From: Clostridia bacterium | GTDB taxonomy: Bacteria > Bacillota > Sulfobacillia > JAJZYS01 > JAJYTV01 | Direction: 5' to 3' | Length of the DNA stretch: 64,000 nt | NCBI GenBank assembly: GCA_027420455.1 | Contig: DAIBJA010000023.1 | Span: 6,427-70,426, forward strand | Shown here: positions 9,129-19,349 of the stretch, in pieces | Layout of the letters: every line of letters begins with the position of its first letter | Position numbering within the stretch: position 1 is the stretch's first letter | The notes under the pieces: model-generated | Told to the model about the DNA's origin: nothing | Seen by the model: the letters and a program-made list of their open reading frames with translations, nothing else | The model's database searches: none | Position numbers and translations under genes: made by a program

Positions 9129-10223
9129 CTAGGTCTCGCTTTCGCTGCCTGGGCCTGGATTCCTCTCTGCGTGGCGCTCGAGGGCCAGATCGACCAGCCG
9201 GTCGCAGAGCTCACGCGCCGAGACGCCGGTCGCCTGCCAGAGCAGGGGGAACATCGAATAGGCGGTAAGGCCGGGAATGGTGTTGATCTCGTTCAGATAC
9301 ACGTCGCCGCTCTTGTCGTCGTAGAAGAAGTCGACGCGTGCGAGGCCGGCCGCGTCGACCGCCTGGAAGGCCCTGAGCGCGTATGCCCGCACGGTCTCCG
9401 AGATCTCCTGCGGCACGTCCGCAGGGATCTGGAGCTGCGATGAGCCGTCATACTTCGCCGTGAAGTCGTAGAAGACGCCTGATGAGACGACCTCCCCGAC
9501 CACCGACGCCTCCGGCCGGTCGTTGCCGATCACGCCGCACTCGAGCTCGCGCGCCCTGATGCCCTGCTCGACGATGATGCGGCGGTCGTAGGCCGCCGCG
9601 GCAAGGAGCGCGGCGTGGACATCCTCCGGCCCGGCGACGCGGGTGATGCCCACCGACGAGCCGAGGTTGCAGGGCTTGACGAAGAGCGGGTAGCGCAGAT
9701 CCCGCAGTCGCTCCGACACGAGCTCGTCGTCACCGAGCTCGCCGCGCAGGAGGACGCGGTACGGTCCAACCGGCAGCCCCGCCTGGAGGAAGACCATCTT
9801 CATCACGGCCTTGTCCATCGAGACGGCCGAGCCGAGCACGCCGGCGCCGACGTACGGGAGCCCCGCCATCTCCAGGAGGCCCTGCAGGGTGCCGTCCTCC
9901 CCGCGCGGTCCGTGCAGTACCGGAAAGATGACGTCAAGGCGCCCGATCGCGCCGGCCGCCTCGGTGAGCTGGAGCGCCTGGCCACCCGCGGCCCTGAGTC
10001 CCGTCCCGGCCTCGCCCTGAGCGCTCTCACCGGTCAGGGCCCGCATCGGGTCGCCGCCCACGAGGAACTTGCCGCCGCGTGAGATGCCGATCGGCACCAC
10101 GTCGAAGCGCTCGGGGTCCAGCGCGGAAAGCACGAAGTGCGCCGACTGCAGCGACACGTCGTGCTCCGCCGACTGACCGCCGAAGACAACGCCAACCCTA
10201 ACCCGCCTCGGCAACGCCGCCAC
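9129..10223 (-). CDS. ddl: D-alanine--D-alanine ligase
   Basis: 364 aa: GVVFGGQSAEHDVSLQS, an ATP-grasp core, and the C-terminal LNEINTIPG motif. Confidence 0.9.
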   Translation of the reverse strand: MAALPRRVRVGVVFGGQSAEHDVSLQSAHFVLSALDPERFDVVPIGISRGGKFLVGGDPMRALTGESAQGEAGTGLRAAGGQALQLTEAAGAIGRLDVIFPVLHGPRGEDGTLQGLLEMAGLPYVGAGVLGSAVSMDKAVMKMVFLQAGLPVGPYRVLLRGELGDDELVSERLRDLRYPLFVKPCNLGSSVGITRVAGPEDVHAALLAAAAYDRRIIVEQGIRARELECGVIGNDRPEASVVGEVVSSGVFYDFTAKYDGSSQLQIPADVPQEISETVRAYALRAFQAVDAAGLARVDFFYDDKSGDVYLNEINTIPGLTAYSMFPLLWQATGVSARELCDRLVDLALERHAERNPGPGSESET

Positions 10224-10254
10224 CCCCGCCCATGCTATGCCGCACGCCGAACAT

Positions 10255-11193
10255 TCATGCCAGTCTGGCGGCGATCGCCCGCCAATCCCCGTCCGCGGTC
10301 TCGTCGATGGTCGTGAGGCCCGCCGAGCGCAGTTCGCCGTCGAAGTCGCGGTCCTCGCGCAAGATGCCGCCGAGAATGAGGCGTCCTTCAGGCCCGACGG
10401 CGCGCCGCAGCGGTGTGAGCCACGACCTTAGGCCCCAGCCCGAGATGTTCGCCAGGATGAGATCCGCCTTGCGTCCGCCCGCAGGCAGGGTGCCCTGGCG
10501 GACATACGCCTTGAGCCCGTTGCGCCGCAAAGTGTCGCGCGTGGCCTCGACCGCCAAAGTGTCGAGGTCGTAGGCGCGCAGAGTCCCTGCGCCCAGCTTG
10601 AGCGCGGCGGCACCCAGGATGCCGCTGCCCGAGCCGAGATCGATGACGTCGTCTGCCGGCCTCAGCCATCGCTTGAGGAGTCGCAGGCACGTGACGGTCG
10701 TCGGATGGTCGCCGAAGCCGAAGGCGGCGCCCGGCATGATGGTGAGCACCAGTTCTCCCGGCGCCGCTTGCGCCCTGCCCCAGGGCGGCTCGACCCAGAT
10801 GCCTGGCACGACGCGCAGCGCCTTGACGCTCCTGCGGTACTCGTCCACCCAGTCCACGGTAGGTGCTGCCGTCACGGCGACCTCAACCGGCCCGAAGTAT
10901 GGCTCGACGCGCCCGGCGCACAGAGCGAGAACCTGGCCATGGGTCCGTTCGCCCTCGGTGGCCGGCAGGTAGATCGCCACCTCGCTCGGCCGTGACATCG
11001 CGGGCGCCACCAGGAGGTCGTCGCCAGGCGGCAGATCTCCATCACCCAGGATCTCGACGCCGTAGGCGCCGACTTCGCGCAGAATCTCCGCCACGGCGTC
11101 CACCGCCTCCGGGCTGCACTGCACCGAGAGGCGCGCGAACTCAGCGGAACGCGTCCCGTACCCGTCCGAAGAAGCCGCGATCGTGCTCCCCAC
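10255..11193 (-). CDS. prmA: Ribosomal protein L11 methyltransferase
   Basis: 312 aa with the SAM motif [12 protein letters not shown], downstream of dnaJ as in Bacillus. The start is uncertain because the track GTG overlaps the dnaJ 3' end by 53 nt. Confidence 0.85.
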   Translation of the reverse strand: MGSTIAASSDGYGTRSAEFARLSVQCSPEAVDAVAEILREVGAYGVEILGDGDLPPGDDLLVAPAMSRPSEVAIYLPATEGERTHGQVLALCAGRVEPYFGPVEVAVTAAPTVDWVDEYRRSVKALRVVPGIWVEPPWGRAQAAPGELVLTIMPGAAFGFGDHPTTVTCLRLLKRWLRPADDVIDLGSGSGILGAAALKLGAGTLRAYDLDTLAVEATRDTLRRNGLKAYVRQGTLPAGGRKADLILANISGWGLRSWLTPLRRAVGPEGRLILGGILREDRDFDGELRSAGLTTIDETADGDWRAIAARLA

Positions 11194-12274
11194 CCTTGTG
11201 CAGCTCGCGCAGACGCTGCAGCAGTTCCCGCTCTTCGCCCGAGAGGCGCTTCGGCACCTGCACGACGACGTGCACGATGAGGTCGCCGCGTCCGCCGCCC
11301 CTGAGGTGCGGCATGCCGCGTCCGCGCAGCCGGATCTCCTGTCCCGGCTGCGTGCCTTCCGGAACCTTCACCTTGATCGTCCCGTCGATGCCCTGAAGAT
11401 CGTACTCCTCTCCCAGGGCCACCTCCGGATAGCCGAGCGCCAGGTCGACGTGCAGTTCCGCGTCCTGGCGCGCAAAGCGCTCGTGCGGACGCTCGCGCAC
11501 GAAGACATAGAGATCGCCCGGCGGTCCGCCGCGCGCCCCCGGCTCGCCCTCGCCCGATATGCGAACGCGCGCGCCGTCGCCGACGCCCGGCGGGATGCGC
11601 ACCTTGAGCGTGCGCGTCCGGCGCTGGCGTCCGCTGCCATGGCACTGGAGGCATGCCTCCGCCACCGTCTGGCCGCTGCCATGGCATTGCGGGCAGGGCC
11701 GCGAGGTGACGAAGCGCCCGAAGGCGGTATCGCGCGCCTGCTGCACCTGGCCCGTGCCGCCACAGCGCGTGCAGCGGCTGGGCTGCTGCCCATCCTTGCC
11801 GCCAGTGCCGTGGCAGGCGTCGCAGGCCTCCTGGCGCTGTACCCTGATCTCCCGCTCGACGCCGTGAAAGCAGTCGTCGAGCGTCAGCTCGACGTCGGCG
11901 CGGATGTCCTCGCCGCGCACGGGGCCCGCGCGCCGTGCCCCGCCGCCGCCGCCGCCGCCGAAGAAGGCGTCGAAAATGTCGCCGATGTCGCCGAACGGGC
12001 TCTGGCCGCCATAGCCGCCGAATGGTCCCTGGCCGCCGCCGAAGCCTGCACCCGGCCCGTCCGCCGATCCGAACTGGTCGTAGCGGCTGCGCTTCTCAGG
12101 ATCGGAGAGCACCGAATAGGCCTCGCCGATCTCCTTGAACTTCTCCTCGGCGCCGTTGTCGCCGGGGTTCATGTCCGGATGGTACTGCCGGGCCAGTCGG
12201 CGGAAGGCCTTCTTGATCTCCTCGTCGGAGGCGCCGCGCTCGACGCCCAGCACCTCGTAGTAGTCCTTCGCCAA
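11141..12274 (-). CDS. dnaJ: Molecular chaperone DnaJ
   Basis: J domain (DYYEVLGV...HPD), a G/F-rich region, and four CxxCxGxG zinc-finger repeats. TTG start lies 11 nt after the grpE stop. Confidence 0.95.
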   Translation of the reverse strand: MAKDYYEVLGVERGASDEEIKKAFRRLARQYHPDMNPGDNGAEEKFKEIGEAYSVLSDPEKRSRYDQFGSADGPGAGFGGGQGPFGGYGGQSPFGDIGDIFDAFFGGGGGGGARRAGPVRGEDIRADVELTLDDCFHGVEREIRVQRQEACDACHGTGGKDGQQPSRCTRCGGTGQVQQARDTAFGRFVTSRPCPQCHGSGQTVAEACLQCHGSGRQRRTRTLKVRIPPGVGDGARVRISGEGEPGARGGPPGDLYVFVRERPHERFARQDAELHVDLALGYPEVALGEEYDLQGIDGTIKVKVPEGTQPGQEIRLRGRGMPHLRGGGRGDLIVHVVVQVPKRLSGEERELLQRLRELHKGGEHDRGFFGRVRDAFR

Positions 12275-12285
12275 CCTTCAGCCCC

Positions 12286-12789
12286 TCACTCTCGCGCTTT
12301 GGCCACGCGCACCAGCGCGGGGCGCACGACGCGGTCCTGGATGCGGTAGCCGGTGCGCACCTCCGACGCCACGCTGCCCGGCTCCCGGTCCGATTCCTCT
12401 TCCCCGATCGCCTCGTGCATCGCTGGATCGAACGGCTGGCCGACGGCGTCGATCGGCTCGAGGCCGAGGCGCCCGAGGGCGTCTTCGAGCTTCTTCTGCA
12501 CAAGCGCGACGCCGGTGCGCAGCGGGTCGTCCTCGGGGGCCGCCCCGAGCGCCAGCTCAAGGTCGTCCTGCACCGGCAGGAAAAGCGCCGCCGCCTCCTG
12601 CTGCAGGCGGAGCCTCTGCTCCTCCTCGTCGCGGCGCTGACGCCGCCTCTGGTTCTCGAAGTCGGCAAGCAGCCGCAGATTCTGCTGCTCGAGTTCCTGT
12701 ACCTTCTGCAGCAGTGCAGCCACTGCAGACGCATTCTCCTGGCCCGCGGGCTCCGCGGTCCAGTTCTCCTCCTGTGTAGGGCGGTTCAT
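12286..12789 (-). CDS. grpE: Nucleotide exchange factor GrpE
   Basis: Start at ATG 12787-12789 (MNRPTQEEN...). Coiled-coil LLADFENQRRR and a C-terminal beta domain (FDPAMHEAI). The upstream part of the track ORF is junk. Confidence 0.9.
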   Translation of the reverse strand: MNRPTQEENWTAEPAGQENASAVAALLQKVQELEQQNLRLLADFENQRRRQRRDEEEQRLRLQQEAAALFLPVQDDLELALGAAPEDDPLRTGVALVQKKLEDALGRLGLEPIDAVGQPFDPAMHEAIGEEESDREPGSVASEVRTGYRIQDRVVRPALVRVAKARE

Positions 12790-12826
12790 GTCTTCATCGT
12801 TTGGCGTACCGGTCCCTCCACCCCGC

Positions 12827-13837
12827 TCAGTTGATCGCCTGCTCGAGCCCGCGGAAGACCTCCTCGGCCAGTGCCAGGGCTCTCGCGTAATCCATGCGCT
12901 TGGGCCCAATGAGGCCGAAGCGCGCCACCACCTCACCCTGGCGCTCGATGCCGAGTGCCACGATCGAAAGCTCACGCGTCTCGGGCAGGCTCGTCTCCTC
13001 GCCGATGCGCACGCGCACGCCGGCCTGGCCGCTCGCCTCGAGCAGGAGCTCCTGCAGGGCTCCGGACTGCTCGATGAGCTGTACTGCCTCGCGGATGCGT
13101 CCCGGCTCCCGGAACTCGGGCTGCGCCAGGAAGTGCGAGGTGCCGGCGATGCGGATCTGCTCCTCGCTCGCGGCGAGGCAGTCGTGCAGGAAGGAGAGCA
13201 GCTCGTCGTGCATGCGCCCCTTGATCTCGCGCGCCACCGCTTCGAGCGTCGTCCGCGTGATGCGCTCGAGGCTCACGCCCTGCAGCTCGCGCGAAAGTGC
13301 CAGGAGCGAGCGCTGCAGGCCGCTCGCGTCCATGCCGTCCGGCAGCTCGAGCAGGCGGTGCTGCACGAAGTGATCCGTGACCAGCACCATCGCCACCTGG
13401 CCATCGCCGGCCTCGAGGGCGTCCAGGCGACGCAGCCGAGCCTGCCGGACACCGGGCCCGATGCCGACCGCCAGGAAATCGCCGGCCGCGGAGAGGAGCT
13501 TCAGTGTCTGCGCGACGAGGTAGTCCATCTCGCGCACCTGCCTGAGATAAAGGAGGCGCATGCGACGGAAGGCTTCCTCGTCCATGGGCCTCGGCTCCAT
13601 GAGTTCATCCACGTAAAGGCGGTAGCCGCGATCCGAGGGCACGCGCCCCGCGGAGGTGTGCGGCTTGTCGAGCAGCCCGAGGGCCTCGAGATCCGCCATC
13701 TCGTTCCGGATCGTCGCCGAGCTCACGCCAAGTCCGAGCGTCCGCGCCAAGGTGCGCGATCCGATCGGCTCGGCAGATGCCACGTAGTCCTCGACGATGG
13801 CGCGCAGGACTTGCCGCTTGCGCCGGTCGAGTTCCAC
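12827..13837 (-). CDS. hrcA: Heat-inducible transcription repressor HrcA
   Basis: 336 aa: N-terminal wHTH (RKRQVLRAIVEDYVASAEPIGSRTLA) with a CIRCE element immediately upstream. Confidence 0.9.
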   Translation of the reverse strand: MELDRRKRQVLRAIVEDYVASAEPIGSRTLARTLGLGVSSATIRNEMADLEALGLLDKPHTSAGRVPSDRGYRLYVDELMEPRPMDEEAFRRMRLLYLRQVREMDYLVAQTLKLLSAAGDFLAVGIGPGVRQARLRRLDALEAGDGQVAMVLVTDHFVQHRLLELPDGMDASGLQRSLLALSRELQGVSLERITRTTLEAVAREIKGRMHDELLSFLHDCLAASEEQIRIAGTSHFLAQPEFREPGRIREAVQLIEQSGALQELLLEASGQAGVRVRIGEETSLPETRELSIVALGIERQGEVVARFGLIGPKRMDYARALALAEEVFRGLEQAIN

Positions 13838-13855
13838 ATCGACACCTCCCCTCGT

Positions 13856-13882
13856 TTAGCACTCATCGTATGAGAGTGCTAC
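13856..13882. promoter_or_regulatory. CIRCE operator (HrcA binding site)
   Basis: TTAGCACTC-N9-GAGTGCTAC, read directly in the sequence, 19 nt upstream of the hrcA start. One mismatch to the TTAGCACTC-N9-GAGTGCTAA consensus. Confidence 0.9.
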
Positions 13883-13886
13883 GTTG

Positions 13887-13916
13887 AACGTACCATGCAA
13901 GAAAAAGGGGTGTCAA
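13887..13916 (-). promoter_or_regulatory. Candidate sigma-A promoter of the hrcA operon
   Basis: Minus strand reads TTGACA (overlapping the hemW TGA), an 18-nt spacer, then TACGTT, with CIRCE 4 nt downstream. The -10 is weak. Confidence 0.4.
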
Positions 13917-15058
13917 GGCAGGAAAGGCTCCGCCACGCGGTGGAGGAGCCACCGGCCAGAGGGGCTCGGCTGCACGCGCCCGGGCCTGTGCTCGAGCAGT
14001 CCCTGCCGCTCGAGCTGGCGGCGCACCCCGGGATAGGCCTCGTCGAGCGACAGCCCGAAGCGGCGGTGGAACGCAGCCAGCGTGAATCCATCGATCAGCC
14101 TGAGGTGCAGGTAGACCCACTCGCCGCGCCTGCCCGCGGGTGACAGGACCTCCTCTCCCGCCACCGCCTCGCCTTGCACCGCAACCGACCTGAGGTACGG
14201 CCCGGGGCCGTCGACGTTCCAGAATCTTCGCCCCGCGAAGTGCGAGTGGGCACCGGGGCCGAAGCCGCGGTAGTCGCCCTGATGCCAGTAGAGCAGGTTG
14301 TGGCGCGACCGCTGGCCCGGCCGCGCGAAGTTCGAGATCTCATAGCGTTCGAGCCCGGCCTCATGGCAGGCCGCGGCGACCGCTTCACCCGAGGCCACCA
14401 CCTCGGCGTCCGAGGGCAGCGCAAGCTGGCCGCGCCGCACCAGCACGCCGAAGTAGGTGCCGTCCTCGAGCTCGAGCGCGTAGGCGGAGAGGTGGTCCGG
14501 CCTGAGCGCCAGGGCTTCCTCGGCGTCGGCTCGCGCCTCTTCACGCGTCGATTCCGGGAGACCGTAGATGACATCGATGTTGAGGCGATGGAATCCCGCC
14601 TCGCGCGCGAGCCGCACCACCCTACGCGTGTCGTCCGGGCTGTGACCGCGGCCGAGCCTGCGGAGCGTCTCCTGGGAGAAGCTCTGCGCACCGAGCGAGA
14701 GCCGAGTCACGCCGGCCCGCCGGAGGGCCCTGAGGCTCGCGAGATCGACGGTGCCGGGGTTGCACTCGAGGGTCACCTCGGCGCCGCGCCGAACCTCATA
14801 GCGCCTGCGCACGAGGTCTATGAGCGCGGCGATCCTGTCGGGCGGGAAGAGGCTCGGCGTGCCGCCGCCGAAGTAGATCGACCCGACCTCGCGTCCCCGG
14901 TCCTCACCGCCAGCGCGCCTCACCTCCTCCGCGATGCCCTCGGCCATCTCGGCGAGCACTCCTGGCCGCGGCGGCAGGCGGTAGGCGTTGAAGTCGCAGT
15001 AGTGGCACTTGTAGGGGCAGTAGGGCATGTGGAGGTAGACCCCGAGCGGCTCAGTCAC
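13913..15058 (-). CDS. hemW: Radical SAM heme chaperone HemW / coproporphyrinogen III oxidase-like protein
   Basis: CxxxCxxC cluster ([13 protein letters not shown]). Proposed GTG start at 15056-15058 lies inside the last lepA codons. The extra N-terminal track residues are Ser/Arg junk. Confidence 0.85.
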   Translation of the reverse strand: MTEPLGVYLHMPYCPYKCHYCDFNAYRLPPRPGVLAEMAEGIAEEVRRAGGEDRGREVGSIYFGGGTPSLFPPDRIAALIDLVRRRYEVRRGAEVTLECNPGTVDLASLRALRRAGVTRLSLGAQSFSQETLRRLGRGHSPDDTRRVVRLAREAGFHRLNIDVIYGLPESTREEARADAEEALALRPDHLSAYALELEDGTYFGVLVRRGQLALPSDAEVVASGEAVAAACHEAGLERYEISNFARPGQRSRHNLLYWHQGDYRGFGPGAHSHFAGRRFWNVDGPGPYLRSVAVQGEAVAGEEVLSPAGRRGEWVYLHLRLIDGFTLAAFHRRFGLSLDEAYPGVRRQLERQGLLEHRPGRVQPSPSGRWLLHRVAEPFLP

Positions 15059-16847
15059 CGCGGCGCAGGACGGCCATGAAGGCCTCCTGCGGCACCTCCA
15101 CCTGCCCGAGGCGGCGCATGCGTTTCTTGCCTTCCTTCTGCTTCTCGAGGAGCTTGCGCTTGCGCGTGATGTCGCCGCCGTAGCACTTGGCGAGGACATC
15201 CTTGCGCAGGGCGCGGATCGTCTCGCGGGCCAGGACCTTGCCGCCCACGGCAGCCTGGATCGGCACGTCGAAGAGCTGCCGGGGGATCACCTCGCGCAGC
15301 TTCTCGCAGACCGCCCTGCCCTGGCTTTGGGCCCGACCCTCATGCACGATGAACGAGAGCGCGTCGACCATCTCGCCGTTGAGCAGGAGATCGACCCGCA
15401 CGAGGTCGCCCTCGCGCTCGCCCGCAAGCTGGTAGTCGAGCGACGCGTAGCCCCTGGTGCGCGACTTCAGCTGGTCGAAGAAGTCGTACATTATCTCGCC
15501 CAGCGGCAGCTCGTAGCTCAGCACCGCCCGCTCTGGCGACGGATATTCGATCGTGCGGAAGATGCCGCGCCGCTCCTGGCATAGCTCCATCACGGGCCCG
15601 ACGAAGCTGGTCGGCGTGATCAGTGTCGCGGCCACGTACGGCTCCTCGATCCTGTCGACGCCGCGTCCCATCTCGAGGGCGGCCGGGTTCTCGATCCGCT
15701 CCACCCTGCCATCGAGGTAGTGGACGGTGTAGACGACGCTCGGCGCCGTCACGACGAGATCGATGTCGTACTCCCGCTCGAGCCGCTCCTGCACGATCTC
15801 GAGATGCAGGAGGCCCAAAAAGCCGCAGCGGAAGCCGAAGCCGAGAGCTCCCGACGTCTCGGGCTCGAACGAGAGCGCGCCGTCATTGAGCTGCAGGCGC
15901 TCGAGCGCCTCGCGCAAGAGGTCGTAGTGGCTCGGCTCGCTCGGGTAGAGGCCGGCGAAGACCATGGGCACCGCAGGCCGGTAGCCGGCCAATGGCTCCG
16001 CCGCGCCACGCTCCGCCGTCGTCACCGTGTCGCCGACGCGCGCGTCTCGCACCACCTTGATGCCAGCGGCGAAATAGCCCACCTCGCCGGCCGAGAGCGC
16101 CTCGACCGGTGTGGGCTGAGGTCGGAAGACACCGAGGTCCGTCACCTCGTAGGCCGCATCCGTCGCCATCAGGCGGATGCGCTGGCCGGAACGGATGCGT
16201 CCGTCCACGACGCGGATGTGGCAGACTACGCCGCGGTAGGCGTCGAAGTGGGAATCGAAGATGAGCGCCTTGAGCGGCGCCTCGCTGTCGCCGCCAGGCG
16301 GCGGCACGCGCTCGACGACCGCCTCGAGGATGTCCGCGACACCTGTCCCGTCCTTGGCCGAGGCCTCGATCGCCTGCTCGGGGTCGAGGCCGATCTGCAG
16401 GAGCTCCTGTCGCACGCGTTCGGGGTCGGCCTGCGGCAGGTCGATCTTGTTGATCACGGGGATGATCTCGAGATCGTGCTCGAGCGCAAGGTACAGGTTC
16501 GCCAGGGTCTGCGCCTCGACGCCCTGGGCCGCGTCGATCACCAGGAGCGCACCCTCGCAGGCGGCCAGCGACCGCGACACCTCGTACGAGAAGTCGACGT
16601 GGCCTGGGGTGTCGATCAGGTTGAGCACGAACCGCTCGTCCTGTGTCGCGTACTCAAGGCGCACTGCCTGCGCCTTGATCGTGATGCCGCGCTCGCGCTC
16701 GAGGTCCATCGAGTCAAGCACCTGATCGTGCATCTCGCGCGCCTGCAAGGTGCCGGTCGCCTCCAGCAGGCGGTCGGCCAGCGTCGACTTGCCGTGGTCG
16801 ATATGCGCGATTATGCAAAAATTACGCAGGTCTGTACGGTCGCCCAT
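15051..16847 (-). CDS. lepA: Elongation factor 4 (LepA)
   Basis: Start at ATG 16845-16847 ([28 protein letters not shown]), 598 aa. The 188 upstream residues of the track ORF are an artefact. Confidence 0.95.
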   Translation of the reverse strand: MGDRTDLRNFCIIAHIDHGKSTLADRLLEATGTLQAREMHDQVLDSMDLERERGITIKAQAVRLEYATQDERFVLNLIDTPGHVDFSYEVSRSLAACEGALLVIDAAQGVEAQTLANLYLALEHDLEIIPVINKIDLPQADPERVRQELLQIGLDPEQAIEASAKDGTGVADILEAVVERVPPPGGDSEAPLKALIFDSHFDAYRGVVCHIRVVDGRIRSGQRIRLMATDAAYEVTDLGVFRPQPTPVEALSAGEVGYFAAGIKVVRDARVGDTVTTAERGAAEPLAGYRPAVPMVFAGLYPSEPSHYDLLREALERLQLNDGALSFEPETSGALGFGFRCGFLGLLHLEIVQERLEREYDIDLVVTAPSVVYTVHYLDGRVERIENPAALEMGRGVDRIEEPYVAATLITPTSFVGPVMELCQERRGIFRTIEYPSPERAVLSYELPLGEIMYDFFDQLKSRTRGYASLDYQLAGEREGDLVRVDLLLNGEMVDALSFIVHEGRAQSQGRAVCEKLREVIPRQLFDVPIQAAVGGKVLARETIRALRKDVLAKCYGGDITRKRKLLEKQKEGKKRMRRLGQVEVPQEAFMAVLRRGD

Positions 16848-17015
16848 CAATCTCGGTCCGCCTTTCACCTGGGGTCTTGAGGACTGGTGTGCCGGGTGGC
16901 CGTTCGACCCTCGCCCCTTCGCCGACCAGCTCGAAGCATCCTGCTCGGCCCACCCAAGGCAGGATTCCCTCGCTGGGGATGGAAGTGAAGGAGGCTGAAA
17001 TCGGGGAGGAGTCTC

Positions 17016-17477
17016 GTGCACGCCATGCTTCAGGCCATCGAGTTTCTCCTGCATGAGTTCGCCGACGAGAATCGCATGCTCGTCACCGCGGCGACGGCGG
17101 TCATCGTTGCCCAGGCGCTCAAATTCATCGTTTCCTCCCTGCGCAACCGCACCGTTCTGAGTGAACGCCTGTTCTCGTCCGGCGGCATGCCGAGCGCCCA
17201 CTCCGCCATGGTGACCTCGCTCGCCACCGCCGTGGGTTCCACGCACGGCTGGCATTCGGACATGTTCGCGATCGTCGCGGTCTTCTCCGTCATCGTGCTC
17301 TACGATGCGGTGAACATCCGTTACGCCGTGGGCCAGCAGGCGCGCTTCCTCAATTCCCTCTTCGGACGGCGCGACGGCGAAAGCCCGGAGTTCAAGGAGC
17401 AGCTCGGCCACACGCCGCAGGAGATCGTGGCCGGGGCGATCCTAGGCGTCATCATCGCGACGCTCTACTACATCTGA
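17016..17477 (+). CDS. Divergent PAP2 / DUF212 membrane protein (acid phosphatase/vanadium-haloperoxidase related)
   Basis: 153 aa with the motif [11 protein letters not shown] and four hydrophobic helices. Confidence 0.7.
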   Translation: MHAMLQAIEFLLHEFADENRMLVTAATAVIVAQALKFIVSSLRNRTVLSERLFSSGGMPSAHSAMVTSLATAVGSTHGWHSDMFAIVAVFSVIVLYDAVNIRYAVGQQARFLNSLFGRRDGESPEFKEQLGHTPQEIVAGAILGVIIATLYYI

Positions 17478-17502
17478 CCGATCGCAACCTGGAGGTGGAC
17501 TG

Positions 17503-18861
17503 ATGATCGACCCTCGCAGCTATCTCGCGGAACATCGCGGCGCACAGCTTGAGGAACTCTTCAACCTCCTGCGCATCCCGTCGGTCTCGGCGGTCGCTGC
17601 CTATCGCTCGGACGTGCGCTCCGCAGCGGAGGCCTTCGCGGACCTCATGCGCCGCTCGGGCATCGAACAGGTCGGCCTGCACGAGACGTCCGGCCATCCC
17701 GTCGTCTACGGCGAGTACCTGCACAGCCCCACTCACCCGACGGTTCTGGTCTACGGCCACTATGACGTGCAGCCGCCCGAACCTCTCAACCTCTGGCATT
17801 CGCCGCCCTTCGAGCCGGAGGTGCGCGACGGCAAGATTTTCGCCCGCGGCGCCACCGACGACAAGGGGCAGATCACCATGCACCTGCTCGTCGCCGGCGC
17901 CATGATCTCTCTGGGCATCCTGCCCGTGAACCTCAAGTTCCTTGTGGAGGGTGAGGAGGAGGTCGGGTCTTTGCACCTTGCCGACTTCATCGCCACGCAC
18001 AAGGATCTCCTTGCCGCCGACTATGTCGTCATCTCGGACTCCACCATGCTGAGGCCCGGCGTGCCAGCGCTCTGCGTCGGGCTGCGCGGCCTCGCGGGCC
18101 TCGAGCTCAGACTTCGCACCGGCGCTCATGACCTCCACTCCGGCAACTTCGGCGGCGCAGTCCCGAACGCGGCCCACGCGCTCGTCGAGCTCCTTTCCAC
18201 CCTGCATGACAGCGAGGGTCGCGTGGCCGTCGACGGCTTCTACGACGACGTCGTCGACCTGACACCGGCCGAACGGCGCGCCTTCGCCGCGCTGCCCCTC
18301 ACCGACCGCGAGTTCCTGGACCAGGCCGGCGCCTACAGCCTCTACGGCGAAGGCGGCCACACGACGCTGGAGCGCGTCTGGACGCGCCCGACACTCGAAT
18401 TGAACGGCATCTGGTCCGGTTTCACGGGCGAGGGCCGCAAGACAGTCATCCCTTGCGAAGCGTCCGCCAAGATCACCTGCCGCCTCGTGCCCTACCAGGA
18501 CCCCGCCAAGGTGCTCGCCGCCGTGACGAACCACCTGCGCAGCCATTGTCCCGATTCGGCACAGCTCGAGATACTGGACCCGAGCGGCGTCCCGGCCTTC
18601 CTTGCCCCGCCGGGCCACCCGGCCCTGCGTGCCGCCGAGCAGGCCCTGCGCGAGGCCTACGGGCACGAGCCGGACATCATCCGCATGGGCGGCTCGATCC
18701 CCGTCGTAACCGCATTCCAGGAGCTCCTCGGCCTGCCGACGCTGCTGATGGGCTTCGGCCTCCCGGACGAGAACCTGCACGCTCCAGACGAGCACTTTTC
18801 GCTCGAGAATTTCAGTCTCGGCATGCTGTCGCTCTGGCGCTTCTGGCAACTGGCCGCCTGA
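17503..18861 (+). CDS. M20-family dipeptidase (ArgE/DapE/ACY1/CPG2 superfamily), copy 1
   Basis: 452 aa: LLRIPSVSA, VLVYGHYDVQPPEP, ARGATDDKGQ, FLVEGEEEVGS. Confidence 0.85.
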   Translation: MIDPRSYLAEHRGAQLEELFNLLRIPSVSAVAAYRSDVRSAAEAFADLMRRSGIEQVGLHETSGHPVVYGEYLHSPTHPTVLVYGHYDVQPPEPLNLWHSPPFEPEVRDGKIFARGATDDKGQITMHLLVAGAMISLGILPVNLKFLVEGEEEVGSLHLADFIATHKDLLAADYVVISDSTMLRPGVPALCVGLRGLAGLELRLRTGAHDLHSGNFGGAVPNAAHALVELLSTLHDSEGRVAVDGFYDDVVDLTPAERRAFAALPLTDREFLDQAGAYSLYGEGGHTTLERVWTRPTLELNGIWSGFTGEGRKTVIPCEASAKITCRLVPYQDPAKVLAAVTNHLRSHCPDSAQLEILDPSGVPAFLAPPGHPALRAAEQALREAYGHEPDIIRMGGSIPVVTAFQELLGLPTLLMGFGLPDENLHAPDEHFSLENFSLGMLSLWRFWQLAA

Positions 18862-18875
18862 TCGAAGTCGCATCC

Positions 18876-18902
18876 GGGAGGCTCCCGCCCTGGGAGCCTC
18901 CC
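18876..18902 (+). terminator. Perfect GC hairpin after M20 copy 1
   Basis: gggaggctccc-gccct-gggagcctccc: an 11-bp perfect stem 15 nt after the stop. There is only a weak T run. Confidence 0.55.
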
Positions 18903-19349
18903 TTCGTGTCGGCTCCGAGCGCACAGTGCTGCGACAGCGGGATCTGCCGAACCGGGTAGACGCGACGGTGGCGCCGAATGCATTATGACTCGTCCAATCC
19001 GGTTTTTATCTATCCTGTCAGGACCAATTACAAGCGTGAACAGCGGGCACCCGGTTCGCGATCGGCTGACCCGGCCCGCTTGGTGGCCTCGGAGCTCAGG
19101 CGGAGGCCGACCGGCGCGACCTCGCCGATCGGGCCACGACCGCATGTCTGCCCTGAGCCGAAAAGTCTCTCGCGCGCGCCCACACGGCGCAGCGCACCTT
19201 GCGCGAGGCCTGATGGGCGTTGGCCCGGCCAAGATAGGCCACCCGCCGGCACTGCGCGCCCGACTTCGGCCAACCGGCGCCGGACGCGCCAGGATCCTGG
19301 TCGCCGAAGGCGAAACGAAACTGCACGAAGCCTTTCGGGAGGCACCAAG

